A stretch of DNA of 60,281 bases, filler included, from Dimargaris cristalligena (Eukaryota), in the NCBI GenBank assembly GCA_003614675.1. It is 5 parts of 5 records of this genome, joined end to end, with 100 filler letters (N's around TTAATTAATTAA, not from the genome) between each part and the next. Parts side by side here need not be neighbours in the genome. Positions count along the whole stretch, not along the records: positions 36,243 to 48,214 come from ML003070.1; positions 48,315 to 60,281 come from ML003071.1; 3 more parts are not named here. The stretch is one strand, 5' to 3'. Below the pieces are notes generated by a model. The model was not told the DNA's origin. It did no database searches and worked only from the letters and a program-made list of their open reading frames with translations. The position numbers and the translations under genes are program-made. Positions 39,459 through 51,586 of the stretch are shown here, piece after piece; the first letter of the stretch is position 1; each line of letters starts with the position of its first letter.

Positions 39459-41017
39459 CACCCGGGCCGTGACCCTCTTCCCAAACCTAGCCACTCGCGG
39501 GCCGAATTCACCCGGCTGGGCCGACGGGAACGGCAGGGTGGGACAAGAACGGCCAAGGTTCGAACAAGCAGAGCCTATGGTGGTGATTGTGGGAGAGACC
39601 TCTCCTATTTTATCGCCCTCTCGTGTGCTCTTTTCTTTGTCTTGCGGGGAGAGAGGGCTGTTGGGTGAATAGGAAGGAATGGGTCGGAGCGGGAAATATC
39701 GGACTGCGGCAGCCGGATCACCCACGGGCATCCTAATTTGGTTAAACCCCGTGCCTCTCAGTGAGTGCGCCTGCCAAATGGCCGGCGGTCGGCGGATTGA
39801 GTCCGGCGACCCGCGCCCATTTTATTGGCGGGGTCTATGCGGATGCTGTTATGGACAGACCTATGTTCAATCTCCTCATTATTTCTCCAGGTGAAATTAT
39901 CCTACACCGGCAATTGATATGTATGAGCTGATGGAGTAGGAAATGCATAAATACGGCCAGGTGACTCTGTACGTCAACCAGCAGGTCCACCACCAATACC
40001 GGAGGTGTTGAGTGTTAAGTTGGGAAGACGCCCCAATGAGTTGCTGCTGTGTAACATATCCTCCGTCCTATGATAGCAGCGCCAATTTCTCCCACATAAT
40101 GTCCCTTGGCTGAGTAACGCCGACAAATGTACGTGGAAAATACCTTTGCCACCCGGTGTATCTTACTATACCCAAAGTCACTCAAATCCCACTAAGATGG
40201 GGAGGCCCTCTACGTTTGTTTAGTCCAATTAGTAAAAACGGGTATGGGACGGCTGACAACTACGGAGCTAACTATATTGATATTAGACTACAACTATATT
40301 ATATACCAACCCAATAGCAGAATGACCACACATATGGCGTTAAGGCCCTGACACTTAGGCTCCCCCTAATTGGCCTCTATTCATTTGGGCTGGTTCTGAA
40401 ACGCCCTTCCTTTCTCTCTCTCTCAGACCCGCAAAACAATAATATATAACAAAGCGGAGGCCTCGGGAATTAGCAGCCAGTCAACTGGAGGAAGAGCGTG
40501 CCTCGGCTGTCGTTGGAGGGCTCTGGGCAAAGCCATGCCCGTTGGAAAGGCATGCAGGGCAGTGGTGGTGTTTTAGGACGTAGGGTGCTTTACTCCCAGA
40601 GGCTGGTGGAGTGACGAAATGAAAAGTCACCCTTTTATCCACGTATATGTAACTCGTGAGAAGTTCTCCCATTGTCCAAGTTCAATGGGCGTGGTGACCT
40701 ACGCTTTAACGAAGCAGCCCCGGATATATTAATGAAATGAATGAGAGAAATAAGGCAAATAAAACTATAAGCTCCAGCCCCTGGAGTTCAAAGTTTCTTA
40801 CTTTATCATTGTTGTAAACTAACTGACCTTCACCTCACAGTCTCTTCTTTTTTCAAAAACCACCCCCCCACCCTCTTAAATCTTTTATACTTCTTCAGCC
40901 CCTTGTCACACCTCGTGTTCCGCATCCATTATATACCTACTTCGATCCCGTCAGCGAGTAGTAGTAATCCACCGCCTCTCCCCCCCCTCAACCCGATATT
41001 ACCATCTTATCGCTTCT

Positions 41018-41338
41018 ATGAATCCTCTCCAAAACACCCGCTCAAATCACCCGTTTATTGGCTTTAAAGGCAACGGCGCCCGTGGTCCCTACCCGGGCCA
41101 CTTGGACTATGTCATGTCCAACCATATCGCCGAAGGTTCTTCCGACGTAAAATGGGCCCGCCATCAACCGCTGGATGCCACCAACAGCGTTGATACGGGC
41201 GCTGCCTTGCAAGCCCGTCAGTCCACCGCGCCTTCTCCCCACCCCCACCGTACCTACGCCCGCCATAGCGATTATTGCGAGTGCGCTGGTTCGGGCGTGG
41301 GCTGTCAGTGCGCAGCTGCCTGTACCTGTGGCCATTAG
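41018..41338 (+). CDS. Small protein with C-terminal metallothionein-like Cys cluster
   Basis: 106-aa ATG ORF with coding-like composition and a pyrimidine-rich 5' leader; ends CECAGSGVGCQCAAACTCGH*. Confidence 0.6.
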   Translation: MNPLQNTRSNHPFIGFKGNGARGPYPGHLDYVMSNHIAEGSSDVKWARHQPLDATNSVDTGAALQARQSTAPSPHPHRTYARHSDYCECAGSGVGCQCAAACTCGH

Positions 41339-44300
41339 CGCTTGAAGTAGTGGTAGCTTTGTTAGTCGTCTCATTATGTCGTCTAAATAGTGGGCACATG
41401 TAAAGCCCTTCTACCACTTACTCCTAAGTCAATAGCACCGTATTCGTGAGATTTGTATAGCGAGTCCCTTAATCCCCCGTTCTCCTCAATTAATGAGATT
41501 TATTAGGAGTTGCTACTGGAAATCCCCCCCCCCACCCCAATATCACCCACTATATCCCCCCTTCCGGTCGTTAGGCCATACCTTTATTTAATAATACCAT
41601 TCTAGCTTCTATCAAAATTACCCATCCACCATATACATGTATAGTATAATTTATCAACTCTTCTATTATTAGTTTGGCCCCACTTATCGGGACCTATTAT
41701 GGGTTGCGACATGCTCATTATTGCAATTTCACTAATGTCAAAGTGGGCATATGTGCACCCCGTTTGTATCAGTGCGCATTAGCCACCCCTCTCCTTTAAA
41801 AAATGAAACATCTAGCAAAATAAACCTATTTACTACCCCAAACTCTATCCACAGATATTTTTAATTTGCAATCTGAGTTGTGGGGATGGGCACCAGAGCC
41901 ACCCCCACCTTTTTCTAATTTATCAGTGTAATTGGTACCATCAGTTAAACATAGCGTCGATTAATCCAAGTCTTGGGGAAGTATAATGAAAATGTAGTGC
42001 GACTGAAATGCGTGAAAACGGAGCCGTGATGCTATTTGTGGGATATTAGGGGCTACTAATTGGAACGGTATTCCCTACTTAGTTTCAAGTCTAGGGTGGG
42101 GGGTCCAATGCCGAATTTGCGAACTTGGTGCAGATTGAACTATGCTAACTAAGAGGCAATCTCGCAATTCTCTAGGAATACCAGGTGACATAGTGCTGCC
42201 CAAACCCGGTTGAGGTCGAAACAGTATTTTTCTAGTGGGAACGACGAGAACCGCTGAATGGATACGTCGTACAGACCCGCTTGGAAGAGCTCATAATGTC
42301 TTAGGTAAATATGTCTATACTACACTGGTCGGTTACAATTAAGAATCAAATTGCTGAGAGGACACCCCGGTGTCATGAGAGAAATAGCCATATTAATTGG
42401 AGTGGTAAATAAATGTGCAATATTATGAGGAAAAGGAAATATTGAAACACAGGCAGGGGCAGGGCTCCAAGGATTTTAGCTTGCCCAAGTGGAAGCAGTC
42501 CTCCCTGAGAAATCCGGGCATATTAATTTGAAGCAATTTTTACATTTGATATATAGGCATATCCCGGCTTTATTGGGCAGGGCGATACGCGCTAGAAATG
42601 GTGAGGGGTGCCGGGATAAGGAAAGGGGGTCTAGCATAGCCTGGGACATGTGCGAGAGTTCAATAAACCGGTCCGGGCAGGCTTGCTTATAGGTGGGCCA
42701 CTGTCGACGAACCCCTTCTTTATGCATACAACACGTCCATTCATGGAGCGCCAGCTCTATTTACCCATAAGCCCCCAGTGGAGTGTGAACAGCCGCCTAC
42801 TTTAATACGCAATCGGGAGTTCTTTGGCACAAAAACCATCAATATATGGTGTCATATAAGTTGTGGAATACCGGGTTAACGAGTAGTAGGAGCTGTGGTG
42901 CTAGTATTGGCTTGTGTTCTGGTAATGGCGGCGTGGCAACTAAAATTAAAATACTCCACTGTTTTTGGTGTCCGGCCAAATGCCATTTTACAACTCCCCC
43001 ACATTTCATCGCGTCCACAGTTCAGGTATTTTTCACCGTAATGTACCAAACTAGATACCGAGTGATCAAATTGAGTGCCTCTGTTTCCTCTATCCATCCT
43101 GCCCATCAGAATCACCCCACCTTACCTTCTCACCTAAAATCCCCATTTTAAATGCGCTAATAATAGAAGGCGGCGAAAGTCATTTTCGTTGGTTCTGTTA
43201 GATTCTGGGGTTTAAAATCGTCCTAAAAGTAGATTACCACCATACGCCGGAGAGAGGGAGGGGAAACCTCCTCTTCCCGTGATCTAGTACCTCGTTCAAC
43301 TTCCCGATACCGATAGTCTCTCTTTAAAAGGGCATTTCCTCATACCGCTTTCGCCCCATAGTATTCACACGCATTCCCTCTCTCTCACCCTCTCTGTGCG
43401 CCAAGTCTCATTGGTACCCAATGTCCCTTTGGAACTACTATAGCTACTTTGTCCTCAGCTGATTTAATCTTGGCGACGAGTAGTAATGTTCCCTATTTAA
43501 ATGTACTATGGGAACAAAGAGTATAGGAATTCGTCCCACCATTGGTTAGGGTCGACTTAGCTAAATTAATGACCAAGCTAACAATCGACCATCTTTCGTC
43601 GGGGACTTCTTTTATACTCAAGGGGTAGGATTGGAGGAAAGGGAGGGGAGTGTACGGCTATGCATTGCAGGGCGCTCAATCGGATATTGCAATGGAAAAT
43701 ATGCCCTACAAGCCAACCGACCCCCTTTCCCTCCTATCGATCCTGCTTGCCCAGTGGAAAAATATGCTAAGGGGGTAGATGCAACAAGTATTGCAGACGC
43801 TTGCCTCTATCCCCCCTAGTAAGGCAGCCCATGGCCCGCATGTGTGCGCTCTGTCCCTCCGACACGCAGTCTCGAGTATTCCTCTGCGGCTTTCAAGGCA
43901 TAGCGTACGATGCGCAGACGTGTTAAGTCATTATTAATGCCGATAGTAATCGCCCATTCCTTAATTTCAAGTACGACGGCCATCAATTTACGCCCGCTTC
44001 TGCATCATCCAATTTCGATTGCCGCTCTTCTGGAATCGACTCGTTTCACTCCTCATCCCCATCGTCCCCCTCCCCTCTTCTCCCCTTCGTCACTGCCCTC
44101 CCTTCTCTACTCTTTCCTGCCGTCTTGTTCCTTGCGTAGCGAGAAGAAGATCCCATTATACAAAGGGGAGCCATGGGGAACGCCCATCCCTCGCCTTTGT
44201 CTGTTCACTCCTGTGGACTCCCTCCTCGATTCTTTGGGAAACATAATATCATTTTTAAATGACCCGACAAAGAAAAAAATCGGTAAGTCCAGTAATCCCC

Positions 44301-45049
44301 CCCTCTCATCTCCAATTTACGTAGCCGCCCCCTCTCTAGTGTTCACTAACCTCCACCCAATCCATTTCCACTATTCAGGGCGCTATATAAACCACCTCCA
44401 CCGCCGCTGTGTTTTCCCGAATAGCTCGCTTCCCTATCAGAGGTTTTACTGTACAGTCGACCGTGTCTTTCATATCTCGTGTTTCCGAATATTAAAATTG
44501 TTGGTACTCTACACTTGTTTATACCAACTTCTACCATTTATTCACCGTACATTCACGTTCGTTTTTCGGCATTTTTTAGTTGACTTCAACGTCTTTCTAT
44601 TCCTATTCCCGTATTCCTTGGAAAGGAACCCCCCAGTCACACCCAACTTTAAGCCCTAGTCAATACACTTGTGCTTCGCACCACCCCTGCCAAAATCACT
44701 CACAATATAATCCTATCACATTTTATGACATTCACGTTTCTCTAGACTATCCTACTAAATTACGCCCCATCCCTACTCTTTGCATTTTACTCTGTTTATA
44801 TCTCGCCCAGTATTTTTTTAAATTTTTTCACGAATCCTTAAAATATATATCCCTAAGCATCTACCATTCTTGTATATATCACACTCATATCGCACACCTC
44901 CCTCAATCATTATCTGGCCAATTGATTTTTAAACTATCCTGTCACTCCACTTACCGCTGTGTTATCTCAACCTATTGCAGTATTTCTCCTGCCCCTCCTA
45001 ACTATCCCCTACACAGTCCTTGTCCAACCTACCCCCCCCCTTTCGCATT

Positions 45050-47095
45050 ATGTGGAATCAACGCCGCACATCCACCGGCCAATACAGTTCCAACGACCTT
45101 CCCTCCATGTACCTATCCGGGATGATGTCCGGAATGGAAAGCCCTCCTCCGGCCAGTGCCGAATTTCTCCGGGCCGACTACCACGAGCTCGGGGCCAGTC
45201 GGCTTTTTCTGGTGGAAAAGACGGGTCCGCTCACTACGCTGGAACCCACTTACCAGCCCACCCCCGGGGGTGGTATGCCAAGTGGGACCGATGGTGCTCA
45301 TTTGCCGGCGACCCTCAAGGCACCAGGTCCCCGGCGGTTATCCGGGGCCCGGGTGGCTGAGTTACCCGCATTGCTGGACGGAACTCCCGGTCTACCCGCC
45401 TACCAGCCCTCCCGCTGGTCGCACTATACCCAGGCCCATGGTCGCGATGGTAGTGGCCAGGGTCCCTTGTACCCGGACACGCGCAGACGGTCGTCGGCGT
45501 CTTCGCTCGCATTGGCCCTCTCATCGTCGCCCTCCGCCTGGAATATCCCCTCCGACATTACTACCGCCGGGACAGTCCGCCATAGCTCAGGCCAAGGTCC
45601 GCTTTTCCCCGTGGTGCAGCCCGGCGCCATACCACCGGCGGCCCCGACTAACCCAAGGGCTTCGACATCGTCCTTCCTGCGTATTTTCACCAATTTCAAT
45701 ACCTCCGGCCCCCAAATTCCGGACCATTCCATGGGGTATAGTGATAAGCTATCCACCCACCTAAGTGGCAGCGACGCATCGGGTCAAAATGGTCGGACCA
45801 TGCGGACCGATGCTAGTGGTCGTGGCCTGTACACCCAGGAAAAGGAAAATCGCTCCCTGTCGTCCATCTCAAGCTCCCAAACCTGCGTCAATAGTAAAAC
45901 GGACTCACGGCCGCTGCCGGCTACACCAAGCCAACCAACGTCAATGGACGGACCCAACCACTTTGATATCAAAGGCCAGCCCATCACCACCAGGTGCCTC
46001 AATTGTCAGCGGAGCATCACCACCGTATTTGAGAAACGAATTGGTAAGTTATCCATAACTATAAGGGTGGGCCTGGGACAAGGGCGGGATGATGACGAGA
46101 GGATGGATCAACCCCGTGGATTATCCCACTCTGGTTGTCCCATTTATCCTCGGATAAATGAGTCAGGAAAGAGGGGAGGGAGTTCTGAGGGCCGCACGTT
46201 TATCCGAAAGGATTTACATCGATCGATCTGGTTGGACATGGTGGGGAAGGAAACTTGGCACGCTGGATCGCCTGGGCGGGATTCCCTCGTTTAGATACAT
46301 AGACATATATACGAGCGGGCGAATCGCCCGGTACCTTCCGCGGCTATGTTTTATCTCTACTACCCACAGTTAGTTGGCTCTTGGACGGTTGCCAGTGCGC
46401 CCATACTCCGGGGCAGCTATTGCGTATCCCCTCGACTCAATGGTACGGCTGAATGTTGCCATGGTAACCAAACCACTCCTGCCATTGCTCCCCTCTTTAT
46501 TTTTTGAAAGGGTAAATAAATGGGGTGGTTGAGGGGGGGATCGCCTGGAGATACAGCTGGCAACGGGGCGGGGGTGATGAAAGGAGATCAGCACCGAAAG
46601 AGTCTTCCGATTTTCGTCCTCTTCCTTAGTTTTGCCTAATCCTCCCCTTCTCCCATTAAGAGTACCTCAGGGGGCTTTAAATTATAAAGTCAGTCACCAT
46701 GGTGGGGGATGTGAAATGCCTCCATTGGCATGTCTCGTCCATACCCATTCATGCGCATCTACACACACAGACACTCCATCGCCCATTTACCCTCCAGAAG
46801 TTTGTCATGGTGGACTCTGCGTGACCATAGTGGTACACTACTTATCCAGCCACACTCGCATACTAATATATTTTATATCATATATTCTTGCCAATGCCAT
46901 TTTATATATATATATATTATTTATTGTAAAAAAAATCACATTGCATTCTTAGGGTCCAAATCCGTGATTTCTTCGATCGCTCTCGCCATTTTTTGCCTAC
47001 CCTGTTTCTTTGCCCCACTGTTGATGGACGGCTGTAAAGACGAAATTCATTACTGCCCCCATTGCAAATTCGTCGTGGACCACATCCCAGCCTAG
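45050..47095 (+). CDS. LITAF-like zinc-ribbon domain protein with long disordered N-terminus, 2 exons
   Basis: Exon 1 45050-46043 (donor GTAAGT), exon 2 46953-47095. Splicing gives PITTRCLNCQRSITT...hydrophobic stretch...CLPCFFAPLLMDGCKDEIHYCPHCK, the LITAF CxxC/HxCxxC signature. Confidence 0.85.
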
Positions 47096-47821
47096 AATAC
47101 ATATACTTTCCCAAGTTACTGTATAGTCACTTCAGTCCGCGGTTGGCTTTTGGCAGCAACATTTCATTGTATTTTTTTTTAGATGGCCGATTGCCGACGG
47201 AAGAGGAGAAAGGAAAATAGGAGTGGTGGTAGCTCTATTGCAGCCGTCTTACCCTTTATAGATGCTGGCTAGTTCATCCCGTCTAAATGAATATAACAGT
47301 GGCTATGTCATACATGAAATGCACCTATAATGCAGAATATATATGTATTTTCCTTCACTTCTAAAAAATCAGTCCCCTTTTCTTTCAAATAGAAATTATT
47401 TGTATTGTCTCTCACAGTAAAACCATTATATCATATTGCCTTCAATTTTTATTGGCAAAAACCAGTATTATACATTCCCCCAATGTTGGCAATAGTTTCT
47501 GCGAATAGCCATGTATTTAATCATGCCAACTAGTCAGCTCTGCAGTTACATCAAGTAAAACCTCAGCAGAGTCCCCATTATTTATCTAAACATGTAACTC
47601 ATCTATTTTTAGTGGTATATATATATGCTGACGTGAAAGAAAGTCCAAATAAAGCAACTATAGCAGCACCCAAAGAGCAAAAGCCATAAAGAGGGACCAT
47701 AGTGTCTTGGGATCCAATCATAGTAAACACTAGGATTCCTACACCTAAGAGGGATATGCTCAGGAAGTGTTTGGCATGGGGTTGTAAAGGGTATTTTATA
47801 AAAGAAAATTGAAATCAAGGT

Positions 47822-48172
47822 TGTTGCCCAGGTTAAACACTCTTAGTCCGTCAAGAGTCCCAAGGGTAGGCTTCTTATAGTAGGTGGGGCTTAGACTCAG
47901 CCAAGCAGGCTACTAGTGTTAGGTATGGGGTACAGTACTAACTAATAAAGGATAGGTGCAGGCAAATGCAAGGGATGTGTAGTAGGCACACTTACTGGTC
48001 AGTATGAGGGGGGTGAGCATATATAGAGTTTATTAGAGTAAACTAGGGGGTAAGAATAAGCCAATGAATTAAACCAGTCCCAATGGGGGCTGGTTGTATT
48101 TATGTGGGGAATAATACCAAAGGGAGGTCCCCAGAGGAAGATACTACTAAGACTAAAGGTGTAAAGAACTGA
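47822..48172 (-). mobile_element. Partial LTR copy (3' part), same family as 59092-59971, inverted orientation
   Basis: TGTTGCCCAGGTTAAACACTCTT... aligns by eye with the reverse complement of about 59620-59971 and shares the same terminus; similarity is lost shortly before the gap. Confidence 0.85.
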
Positions 48173-48214
48173 AATCAAATCCTTGAAAACTGAACTTTAT
48201 TTGAAAAGATAGAT

Positions 48215-48314
48215 NNNNNNNNNNNNNNNNNNNNNNNNNNNNNNNNNNNNNNNNNNNNTTAATTAATTAANNNNNNNNNNNNNNNNNNNNNNNNNNNNNN
48301 NNNNNNNNNNNNNN
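48215..48314. other. Assembly gap with TTAATTAATTAA spacer
   Basis: N-run with spacer at 48259-48270. Confidence 0.97.
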
Positions 48315-51002
48315 AATAGGTTAAAGGAATAGCTGATACTCATTGATAGAGTACAGCAAGGGTATAAATGTAGTACTCAGAAAAATAATCCAATTAGAAA
48401 TAAATGTATAAATGTTGTATGACAATAACAACTTATAAAAGAGGAAAACTTAGGCTAGCAGTGCCAATTCTTTAACTAATCACCTAAATATGGATGGTGG
48501 TTTCAATTAAAGAGGTAAAATAAATATGATAATGCCAATTACTAACTATGGCCATTTGGCTATATCACAACATGAAACATTTTTATTGTGATAAGATACA
48601 CTCATAAATTATAGTATAAAGGAAATAATTGATTATTCAGTCCTGAAATTTTCAGGTGGCTTACCTGTGGTTGCTTTGGTAATTCAAAAGACCCATTTAT
48701 GCTGACTCTGAAGTTTCAAAATAACTGTTCATGAGTATTGTTTTAAAAAAACAACAAAACGGCATTGAGCTATCAACAAATGACAACTCCCTCCCAAAAC
48801 TTGAATTACTATCACATTACTCACCATTCATTTATGACTGCGCGCTTTTACATGCTGAATAATTCGCTACCTCTTTTAATTGGTCACAATTGGTGTAGTG
48901 TTCGTAATTGTGTATCTTATTGTAAAGGATACTTCAAGTATTGTGATTATATATTGATTGATTCGGATGTTTTTAAGAATAAGGGGAGAGGGGGATGTGC
49001 TGAACTGACTGATCGTTTCATCATAGGAGTGTGACAAATTGGTAGTTAATATCGGTTCAGAGGGGATTCATGGACCCCGGACAATCGTCTAGGCAACGGG
49101 AAAGCGAAGAAGTGTACAGAGAAGGACTCAACCTCGAACTTTAATGTTGCCTTTGGATTTTTGTTCATAAATCCTAAAAGAGAAGCGATTCACCGGTCCT
49201 TTTATAGGTCCAGTCCAACAACGGTCAGTGACTGGATTCCATTCAGACTGGTTATGGGATTGGATCAGTCATTTTAACTAACTGTATATTATACAGTATT
49301 CATTCACTGTCATTTAGCTTAACTGTGTTAATTTTTTTTCTGTAAAAAATAGTTTGGGACCAAATGGTTTCTTTTCACCTTGAAATTCACCTGGTTGTTT
49401 TGGGACAATAGGTGGAGGGTTCGTTTTTTGACCAGTAATACTTGCCTCCTCCAACGGATTTTTCGTTATATGACATAGCTGAACCTCTCCCATATTTAGA
49501 ACGGAAAATGAACATTGTATCATGATTTTTTGCAATAAAGTGATTCAATGAAAGTAAATAATTGTGATTGATAATGTTCTTGACTTCTGGGATCAAATAG
49601 GTCCTTAGCTTAAGCAAATAAGTATATACGCCTCATTTCCCTTAACCCTTTAAATCCAATCGAGTGCCAGAGAGAACCATTGGGTGCAAATGTTCTGGGC
49701 TATCCAACAGCTAATACACAGAGTCCTTGGTGTGCGTCAAGGTAGGTATGCAATTTATATAGGGATCCGTGGCACCCCATTAAGAAGGTCGCCGATTCGG
49801 TGGGAAAGCTGAAAATACGCCCAGCTCTGGACCAACAAGAAACCCCAATGTAACCAAAGTATGAAACTCATTCCAACCCAACTACTTTCAGTGCACTGGA
49901 TATAAGCATTCCCGAGTTCGAATATGGTGAGAGCTATGCTTAGCCGGGCGCAAAGTACACGTATATCAGTCAGGTTAAATGCCGGTGATCGGAGTAGTGG
50001 GCTACACGGCGTCGATTTCCCTGCTAGTTCAGTACAGCGGATAATATTAACAGTTCGACCGACCCAATATACCTGTCATAAATCGACAGAGATGACCTAA
50101 CCGGACATTGTCAATGATTTAGGGGATTGCTCTGAAATGCACACCCTCCCGAGCGTCATTTTACAAGAATACTCTATGATTTCGGATTCCGAGATATTCC
50201 CGCTCAGCGAAATATAACCTGTAAATACCACCGCGGAGAGATTATATATATTATTACAGTACTTCCTTATATTCTCTGTACCAATGAAATTGAGTTATCT
50301 ATCGCGACATTATACTTCGAGGGAATTACGGCGTATCTAACAGAGTAATTAAGTACCAGTACATAAATATTATGAACTCTTTAAAATCTATTACACATGC
50401 CAGTAGTATTACAAGCGGAGGGGTGCGTCAAATTGTAGCATATATAATGCCACGGCTGTGGACAATTCTACCGAAATCAGTGGTATCCAACCTTATAGCA
50501 ACTCAAAACTATATATAGTTGACCATTTAATTATCTATGTACCAGAATTAAATAGGATTGGCTTGATTCGCCCAGGCAATACCAATAATATTTCAGACAT
50601 ATGGGCACATAATAAATTGATTTACTGAATAAAGTGCTTCTTTCGAACTATATAGCGAGGATGGTGTTCATTATGTAGCCATTTAATATTTCATGGGGAA
50701 ATGCCTCTCAATAAAATATCATTTAAATAGATTAATTTCGAAGGATGTTAATATACGCATTATGTCGGACTTTCATCAGCCTAGACAGCTTCGCGGGAAC
50801 AGTAGATGCGCTCGCCATATCCATAAATCGCCACGACTATCTCTGACCGTGGGATATACCCAAGGTAATAGCAAATTACCCGTTGGTTCAATTCAGATCC
50901 AACCTATCTTTTAGTTTCTGAGCCCGGGTCAAGAGCTGCCCTTTCCCGGATGTGGAATGTTAGCATTACTTCTAGAATGCACCAGACGCTGTACTAAGCG
51001 TT

Positions 51003-51011
51003 ATGACTCAT
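51003..51011. promoter_or_regulatory. Gcn4/CpcA response element ATGACTCAT upstream of ILV1
   Basis: Perfect consensus 9-mer, with a further TGACTC at 51469-51474, upstream of an amino-acid biosynthetic gene. Confidence 0.55.
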
Positions 51012-51586
51012 ACCCGGGTGTGATGCTGTGGCCTTGCATGCCTCATTCATACTGAATTGCATATAAATTGACAGCCCCCTTTCGCCGTGGACTCATCTTT
51101 TGATATATAATCTCCCTATCCGATAAGATGGCATGTCCACGCTGATCTACCATGTAGCGAAGCCCCGAACCCAACGGTGCCCATACACGTACACCTTTTA
51201 TGCGCCCAACACTCATTAGGGTCGTTTTCTTCAGATTACTCTGTGATATTCTGCTGTGCTCTAGCGACTCAGTCGGAATTAGTCGGATCAACCTCGAGGA
51301 AGCCCGACAGTTCGCCACTCTTATATAAACCCGCCAATATTACCACTATCTAATTGTTTTGTCCTGTTTATCACTTATCTGCTATGCCATTTTAATACTA
51401 CCTTGGGACTAGTTACTGCTTGGATTTGTTCAACCAACCAGAGGTATATTTGATATGACCAACATTGGTGACTCGCCTATTTAGTTCGCCACTTTATTGA
51501 TTCGCTGTCGCTTTATCTGCCGAATTGCCCTTAATTAATTACTCACTAAACCCATTAACTCCCACCCAAACTACCCTAAACAAAAA

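Noticed and set aside
43910-44659. 249-aa ORF upstream of the LITAF gene
   Set aside because: Low-complexity pyrimidine-rich leader/promoter sequence giving L/F/S/P-biased text; no domain and no coding-like codon pattern.
49030-49312. Possible second solo LTR (TGACA...TGTCA with a minus-strand TATAAAA near 49200)
   Set aside because: No target-site duplication at the boundaries I tried, and no second copy in the window.
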